From positions 1 to 11,797 of the forward strand of contig JANRJP010000030.1 of assembly GCA_033763905.1 (NCBI GenBank): a stretch of 11,797 nucleotides of DNA. Direction: 5' to 3'. Position numbers and translations under genes: made by a program. The stretch is from Gemmatimonadaceae bacterium (lineage in GTDB: Bacteria > Gemmatimonadota > Gemmatimonadetes > Gemmatimonadales > Gemmatimonadaceae). A model generated the notes under the pieces. The model had not been told where the DNA came from. It saw nothing but the letters and a program-made list of their open reading frames with translations, and did not search any database. Numbering within the stretch: the first letter of the stretch is position 1; each line of letters opens with the position of its first letter. Shown piece after piece: positions 7,505 through 11,797 of the stretch.

Positions 7505-8922
7505 TGCGCCTCGCTACCGTCCTTGCAGGACTCGCCCTCGTCCCCGCGCTCGCCGCCCAAGCGCCCGTCGCCACGCACCCCGAAGTCCTGGCCGCCGAGC
7601 GATTGTTCAGCGCGTGGCTGGACGCGCAGCTCGCCTACCGGCAACTGCCCGGCGTGGTCGTTGGCGTGGTACACGACCAGCAGTTGATCTGGGCGCAGGG
7701 ATTCGGCTTCGCCGACGTGGCCGCGAAGCGGCCGATGACGCCGGAGACGAAGTTCCGGATGGCGTCGCACAGCAAGCTGTTCACCGCGACGGCCGTGATG
7801 CAGTTGCGTGAACAGGGCAAGGTGCGGCTGGATGATCCCGTCGAGAAGCACCTGCCGTGGTTCCGGATGGCGCCGGCAGGGGAGGACGACGGCGTCATCA
7901 CCGTGGAGCAGTTGTTGTCGCACAGCTCCGGCCTGCAGCGGGAGGCCGGCGATCACTGGACGACGTACCAGTTTCCCACGACGGCCGAGCTCAAGACGCT
8001 GATGGCGACGCGACAGGCCGCGCTGCCGCCGATGACCCGTTGGAAGTACTCGAACCTGGCGTACAGTGTGGCCGGACTCGTGGTGGAAGCCGCGAGCGGG
8101 ATGCGCTACTCCGACTACGTGCAGCAGCGGATCTTCACGCCGCTCGGAATGACCAACTCCAGCGTGGACGTCAACGTGCCGGGGCTCGCGGTCGGCTATG
8201 GCCGCCGCCTCCCCAACGGCACGCGCGAGACACTGCCGTTCGTGGACGCCCGCGGAATGGGATCCGCCACCGGCATCACCTCGACGGTGCAGGATATGGC
8301 GAAGTTCGTCTCGTTGCAGTTCCGCCGTGGCGCAGGGGCGGGCCCGCGCGTCCTGAGCGCCGCGTCGTTGCGCGAAATGCACCGCGTGCGGTCGGTGGAA
8401 GAGACCTGGACCTCGGGCAATGGCATCGGGTTCTCGGTCTCGCGCGTGGGCGACAAGACGTACATCGGGCACGGCGGCGTGTACCCCGGATTCACCACGC
8501 AGACGTTGATCCAGCTCGACGGCAAGGTCGGTGTCATCGTGCTGACCAACACCAACGATTCCGATCCGGGCGGTATCGCACGGCAACTGATGAACACGGT
8601 TGGCGCGGCGGCGGCCAAGGCCGGCACCAACCCGTCGCCGACGGTCGCGTGGGATCCCGCGTGGGCGCGCTTCGCCGGCCTCTATCGCGGGGCGTTCAGT
8701 GATCAGCAGGTGGTGTTGATGCACGAAAGGCTGGTGCTCATCACGCCGAATGCCGCGACGGTCGACGCACCGGTCGCGCTGGTGCCCCTCGGTGGCGGAC
8801 GCTTCCGCTTCTCGGCGCCGACCGGCGGCGGCGTCATCGGCGAGATCGTCCGATTCGAAGAGCGCGACGGTCGCGTCGTCCGGATGTACACCGGCGACTC
8901 GTTCGTGGAGCGCGTGCCCTAA
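7504..8922 (+). CDS. Secreted serine hydrolase of the beta-lactamase class C / AmpC-like (PBP) family
   Basis: Signal peptide (ALA-AQA). Motifs FRMASHSK (SxxK), LLSHSSGL, WKYSN (YxN) and HGG, plus a C-terminal accessory domain. TGATG coupling to dinB. Confidence 0.92.
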   Translation: MRLATVLAGLALVPALAAQAPVATHPEVLAAERLFSAWLDAQLAYRQLPGVVVGVVHDQQLIWAQGFGFADVAAKRPMTPETKFRMASHSKLFTATAVMQLREQGKVRLDDPVEKHLPWFRMAPAGEDDGVITVEQLLSHSSGLQREAGDHWTTYQFPTTAELKTLMATRQAALPPMTRWKYSNLAYSVAGLVVEAASGMRYSDYVQQRIFTPLGMTNSSVDVNVPGLAVGYGRRLPNGTRETLPFVDARGMGSATGITSTVQDMAKFVSLQFRRGAGAGPRVLSAASLREMHRVRSVEETWTSGNGIGFSVSRVGDKTYIGHGGVYPGFTTQTLIQLDGKVGVIVLTNTNDSDPGGIARQLMNTVGAAAAKAGTNPSPTVAWDPAWARFAGLYRGAFSDQQVVLMHERLVLITPNAATVDAPVALVPLGGGRFRFSAPTGGGVIGEIVRFEERDGRVVRMYTGDSFVERVP

Positions 8923-8946
8923 CGCGTCTGCTTCGCCGCGCCCGCT

Positions 8947-9435
8947 CTAACGAGAGACGACGCCTCGTGACGATTGACGCTGCAGCACGCGGTCGATGCG
9001 CCGCTTGTTCTCTTGCTGGAGGAGTGTGGGGTAGCCGTTGAGTAGGGCATTCGGAATCATCATCGCCAGCCCGAAGACAGGGCTGATCGCGACGCTCTGC
9101 GCGACCGCGAAGGCACTCACGAACACGAATCCGACCAGATGGCCGATCTCGGCGCCCGTCATCCGATCGCGGAGCAGCACGAGATCGGTGTGGGGGCCTT
9201 CGACCTTGAGGCTCTGATTCAGAAACCGTAAGACACTGTTCTTGATGATGCGCTTGAATGGCGCAAGGCCGAGCCACGCATTCGCCGCCCTGCTGCGCAC
9301 AAAGTTCAAGCGGGACAGCCGGCCGTAGAGCGCGGTTCGTTGCAGGAGGGCGTGCCCGATGATGCCCACCATCCACGAGACGACCGACAGGCACAAGCCC
9401 AAGTAGAGGCCGGTCCAAAGATGATTGGTCAGCAT
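8947..9435 (-). CDS. Membrane protein resembling the CrtO glycosyl-diaponeurosporenoate acyltransferase family
   Basis: C-terminal 162 aa of ORF 8947..10332, from ATG 9435. Motifs LGL..FK, AEIGH and NGYPTLLQQENKRRI resemble the CrtO-like AE..H / N.YP..LQ..N..R pattern (recalled, not searched). Confidence 0.65.
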   Translation of the reverse strand: MLTNHLWTGLYLGLCLSVVSWMVGIIGHALLQRTALYGRLSRLNFVRSRAANAWLGLAPFKRIIKNSVLRFLNQSLKVEGPHTDLVLLRDRMTGAEIGHLVGFVFVSAFAVAQSVAISPVFGLAMMIPNALLNGYPTLLQQENKRRIDRVLQRQSSRGVVSR

Positions 9436-9520
9436 TGCGAAAACGGCGAAAGAGATGCGAAACGAACTTCCAGGGGTAAGAGCACAACTGAGTGACGAGC
9501 CCCGGCTGCAACGGGCGTCG

Positions 9521-9898
9521 CTAGGTCTGACCGCCCCAGCGAGCCACTGTGCCGACTGTATATGCCGCACCACAGAGCGCCGCGCCCGCAATGAGCGCGA
9601 TGGAGAGCGGCGAATGAAACTCATACGCAGGCGCACGGCGCAGCCGATAGTGTAGCGCGGCGTGCGCCACCCCGAAGATCGCAACGCCAAGTCTGGCATT
9701 GGGCGCTCCGCTGGATTCGGAGGTCGCGGTCCACGCGAGCGCGGCGAACAGCGGAACGTGCAACGCGATGAACGCGGATCGCGCGGACGCATCCGGCAAG
9801 CCACGCAACACGTACAGCAGTCGCCACTCGTGGCAGGCGACGGCGTCGAGCTCGTGGGCGGCGAGAAATCCCAGCAGGATGAGATAGAGTGTGAGCAC
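9521..9898 (-). CDS. Small membrane protein, DUF6713-like (HELDA..HEW, LHxP, HxxLH)
   Basis: C-terminal 125 aa of ORF 9521..10354, from GTG 9898; about four hydrophobic segments with several His residues. Confidence 0.65.
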   Translation of the reverse strand: MLTLYLILLGFLAAHELDAVACHEWRLLYVLRGLPDASARSAFIALHVPLFAALAWTATSESSGAPNARLGVAIFGVAHAALHYRLRRAPAYEFHSPLSIALIAGAALCGAAYTVGTVARWGGQT

Positions 9899-9908
9899 GA
9901 CGCCTGAG

Positions 9909-10265
9909 TCAGGGCGGTGCCGCCGTTGGCGGCGGAAAATGCTGCTTGAACGTGAATGCGTCGGCCATCCGTGTGAACCTTTCCCGACGCCTGGCGAGGA
10001 CGTCCGCGTGTCCGCTCCTGTACACGTACTGGTGACGCGCGTCCATCGACTGCCAGTCCGAGAAGTTGACGATGATGCGATCGTCGTCGTACGGACGAAC
10101 CGACGTGGCATCGCCGGACGCCGTCTGAAAACGCCAGACGAAGCCCGGCGCCGCATCGGCGAGCGCGTTGATGGCGTCGAGCGCCGCGACGAAGTCGGCG
10201 ATCTCCGGTGCTTCCAGCGGAGCGACCAAGCGGCCGATGTTGAGTTGTGCGAGGTGGTAGTCCAC
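9909..10265 (-). CDS. DUF3291-family protein with an apparent in-frame internal deletion (possibly decaying)
   Basis: YHLAQLNIGRL...INALADAAPGFVWR...VNFSDWQS...YVYRSGH...AFTFK is DUF3291-like, but the usual LWWVPAGH-P segment is missing. Confidence 0.75.
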   Translation of the reverse strand: MDYHLAQLNIGRLVAPLEAPEIADFVAALDAINALADAAPGFVWRFQTASGDATSVRPYDDDRIIVNFSDWQSMDARHQYVYRSGHADVLARRRERFTRMADAFTFKQHFPPPTAAPP

Positions 10266-10374
10266 GGGGACACGCGCTGACTAGAACAATTCGGCGTGCC
10301 GGTGCCACGGGTTGGGACGCCTCTTGAAGCATGGGCTGTTGCCGTTGATGCCACCAGAGCGTGCTCGCCCGTCG

Positions 10375-10644
10375 TTACCGCGTCCGGGCTCGGCTCGCAG
10401 CCTCAGCCGACGTGATGACGGGGTGCACCTCAAACTCCACCAAGTCGCTCCACGCAGCGATCCACTCGTCGAGGAGCGAGCGGTCGGCACACTCCATCAC
10501 CTGATAGCAGCGGCACATATCGTCCGTCACCCAACTGCTGACATAGGTCAGACCCGTTGGCGCGAGTCTCCCACGCTTCGCGAACCGTTCGTACACCGGG
10601 CGCGCGTCGCCATTTCGGAAGTGCTCGACCACGAGGTACAGCAT
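10375..10644 (-). CDS. DUF3303-like small protein
   Basis: MLYLVVEHF...VYERF..RGR...YVSSWV...RCYQVME...WSDLVEFEVHPV; GAGG upstream of ATG 10644. Confidence 0.8.
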   Translation of the reverse strand: MLYLVVEHFRNGDARPVYERFAKRGRLAPTGLTYVSSWVTDDMCRCYQVMECADRSLLDEWIAAWSDLVEFEVHPVITSAEAASRARTR

Positions 10645-10669
10645 CGCGTTTGCCTCGGCCGTTTGCCCG

Positions 10670-10879
10670 TCAGCTCGGTCCGCTCGCCACGGCACGCACT
10701 ACGTTGCGAGCCAGCGTCTTAAACCGAATCCCGTCGTCTTGCACCACAGTGATGGTCTGGTGCCCGGACTTGCTCGTGTGCAGATCGCGCACGACGCCCG
10801 ACTTACCCTTGTGCGTGCCGCCCGTCACCGCGCAGCGGTCTCCGTCCTTTAGCCCGGGGGGGCCCTGAGTGGCACTCAC
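10670..10879 (-). CDS. Small KOW-motif protein
   Basis: LKDGDRCAVTGGTHKGKSGVV is a KOW motif; GGAG precedes GTG 10879; 69 aa. Confidence 0.8.
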   Translation of the reverse strand: MSATQGPPGLKDGDRCAVTGGTHKGKSGVVRDLHTSKSGHQTITVVQDDGIRFKTLARNVVRAVASGPS

Positions 10880-10958
10880 GAGGCGCTCCGTTTCGCGGAA
10901 GGGACCGACGGGACCCGGCGATTCGTTCGCGATGGTGTCACGAGACGCGTGCGTGGCA

Positions 10959-10988
10959 TCGCCGGCAGCAGCAACGCCAACCTAGGAC
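10959..10988 (-). repeat. Degenerate attC-like left half-site (inverted-repeat partner of 11221-11250)
   Basis: Minus strand TCCTAGG-TTGGC-GTTGCTGC-TGCCGGCGA starts at the stop codon of the 73-aa gene, with R''-5nt-L'' spacing. The core AAC is not intact. Confidence 0.35.
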
Positions 10989-11203
10989 TGCCGTCGCGGC
11001 GTCTCGGCGATCCCAGGCTGCCGCGCTGTCGTAAGACTGACCACGAGTCCCGTGCCGGCAAGACCAAGCGCGAGGCCGAGGGCGAAACCAACGATCGGCG
11101 TGTCCGACCAAGGTGTCATCATCGCAATCGGCAGGACGAGCACGGCAACCCAGTACATGCGACGCATGGCACTACTCAGAAGCAACGACTTCAACGACTC
11201 CAC
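10982..11203 (-). CDS. Small two-TM hypothetical membrane protein
   Basis: 73 aa with two hydrophobic stretches; AGGA upstream of GTG 11203; co-oriented with its neighbours. Confidence 0.55.
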   Translation of the reverse strand: MESLKSLLLSSAMRRMYWVAVLVLPIAMMTPWSDTPIVGFALGLALGLAGTGLVVSLTTARQPGIAETPRRQS

Positions 11204-11220
11204 GGTGACATCCTGGGCGT

Positions 11221-11250
11221 GTTGGAACGTTTGGTTCTGCTGCAGGGCGA
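11221..11250 (-). repeat. Degenerate attC-like right half-site
   Basis: Minus strand TCGCCCTGCA-GCAGAAC-CAAAC-GTTCCAA shows L'-5nt-GTT spacing about 20 nt before the next start codon. R' is non-canonical after the GTT. Confidence 0.35.
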
Positions 11251-11330
11251 CCGGTGGGTGCCCGGGTCTCGACGCAATTTGGTGGATCTGGCGGCAGGAT
11301 CAACCGGGGGGCGCGCAGAGCGACCCAACG

Positions 11331-11555
11331 TCAGCCCGAGCGGAACCGTCGGCCCTGCTGCGTAAGGGCTTCCTTGAGGAGGCGAACGCCCTTCGGCCCC
11401 ATGCCGTGCAGCGCGGCGATCGCGGATTCGGAGTGCTGCGCGAGCTGTGCGACCGAGCGAATTCCAGCACGTGAGAGCGCGCGGAGCGCAGGGCCGGACA
11501 TCCCCGCAGGGAAGGCATCGGCGTTCGGATGGGTCGACGTTGGCTTCACGGTCAT
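11331..11555 (-). CDS. Small helix-hairpin-helix / RNA polymerase alpha-CTD-like DNA-binding protein
   Basis: GMSGPALRALSRAGIRSVAQLAQHSESAIAALHGMGPKGVRLLKEAL contains an HhH (hxxhxGhGxK) motif. Confidence 0.8.
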   Translation of the reverse strand: MTVKPTSTHPNADAFPAGMSGPALRALSRAGIRSVAQLAQHSESAIAALHGMGPKGVRLLKEALTQQGRRFRSG

Positions 11556-11625
11556 ACGATCGCCTTGCCCTCGTGGGCAGAAGATGTCACGCGGCCGCGC
11601 GCTGCTGTCTCTGGACGTTGATGAC

Positions 11626-11796
11626 TCAGCATCCTGCTGGCGGCCTCGGCAACGGGAGCGACGGGTAGAACCACGCGCGCCGGATCAGCCCGTCGCGCAC
11701 CTCATAGACGACGAGGCTGGTCTGTCCGGCGACATCGGCCGCGGCGGCGTCCCAGCGGGTGCGTTCGTGCGTCGTCACCCACGGCCCCGTCGCGTC
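11626..11796 (-). CDS. C-terminus of a SnoaL/NTF2-like protein; gene begins beyond the right edge
   Basis: Not in the ORF track. Manual translation: ...DATGPWVTTHERTRW...SLVVYEVRDGLIRRAWFYP...GC*. The YEVRDGLI..W ending is typical of the NTF2-like fold. Confidence 0.7.
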   Translation of the reverse strand, partial: DATGPWVTTHERTRWDAAAADVAGQTSLVVYEVRDGLIRRAWFYPSLPLPRPPAGC

Positions 11797-11797
11797 G

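Noticed and set aside
7300..8724. Long antisense ORFs (7300..8724, 4104..5456, 3026..4327, 6290..7303, 361..1200) and alternate-frame ORFs such as 6298..7341
   Set aside because: They are shadow ORFs of well-supported genes in high-GC DNA, Arg/Ala/Pro-rich and without recognisable motifs.
7504..8922. Calling the serine hydrolase a true AmpC beta-lactamase
   Set aside because: It has HGG rather than KTG and an extra C-terminal domain; most such proteins are peptidases or esterases, so the activity cannot be assigned.
8916..8953. Two CTAACG copies (GCCCTAAC, CTCTAAC) at the convergent hydrolase/CrtO-like junction as attC core sites
   Set aside because: Each coincides with a stop codon, and no L boxes or matching complementary arm could be found.
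8947..10354. 461-aa (8947..10332) and 277-aa (9521..10354) ORFs as full-length or fusion proteins
   Set aside because: Only their C-terminal parts look like proteins; the upstream parts overlap other real genes in different frames.
1..11797. CRISPR array, tRNA/rRNA, transposase, integrase or recognisable defence system
   Set aside because: No regularly spaced direct repeats, RNA gene signatures or recombinase/nuclease motifs were seen.

Overview
High-GC bacterial chromosomal segment; the gene style is compatible with Gemmatimonadota, but taxonomy cannot be proven from the window. Left to right it holds: the N-terminus of a Tat-type exported protein running off the left edge (-); a lipoprotein gamma-glutamyltransferase (ggt) interrupted by one in-frame TGA; a stand-alone CTP-synthase-like glutamine amidotransferase domain (-); an ECF sigma factor with a coupled membrane protein (putative anti-sigma); an ankyrin-repeat protein behind a structured ~135-nt leader; a GNAT acetyltransferase (-); a TetR-DinB-serine hydrolase operon with a 30-bp palindromic operator; and eight small, unrelated, co-oriented minus-strand genes (CrtO-like, DUF6713-like, internally deleted DUF3291, DUF3303, KOW, small membrane protein, HhH, SnoaL-like). 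Some spacers in that last run carry degenerate attC-like half-sites. Best leads: the riboswitch-like ankyrin leader, the possible eroded integron-cassette array, and the TGA-interrupted ggt. Family assignments are from recalled motifs, not database searches.
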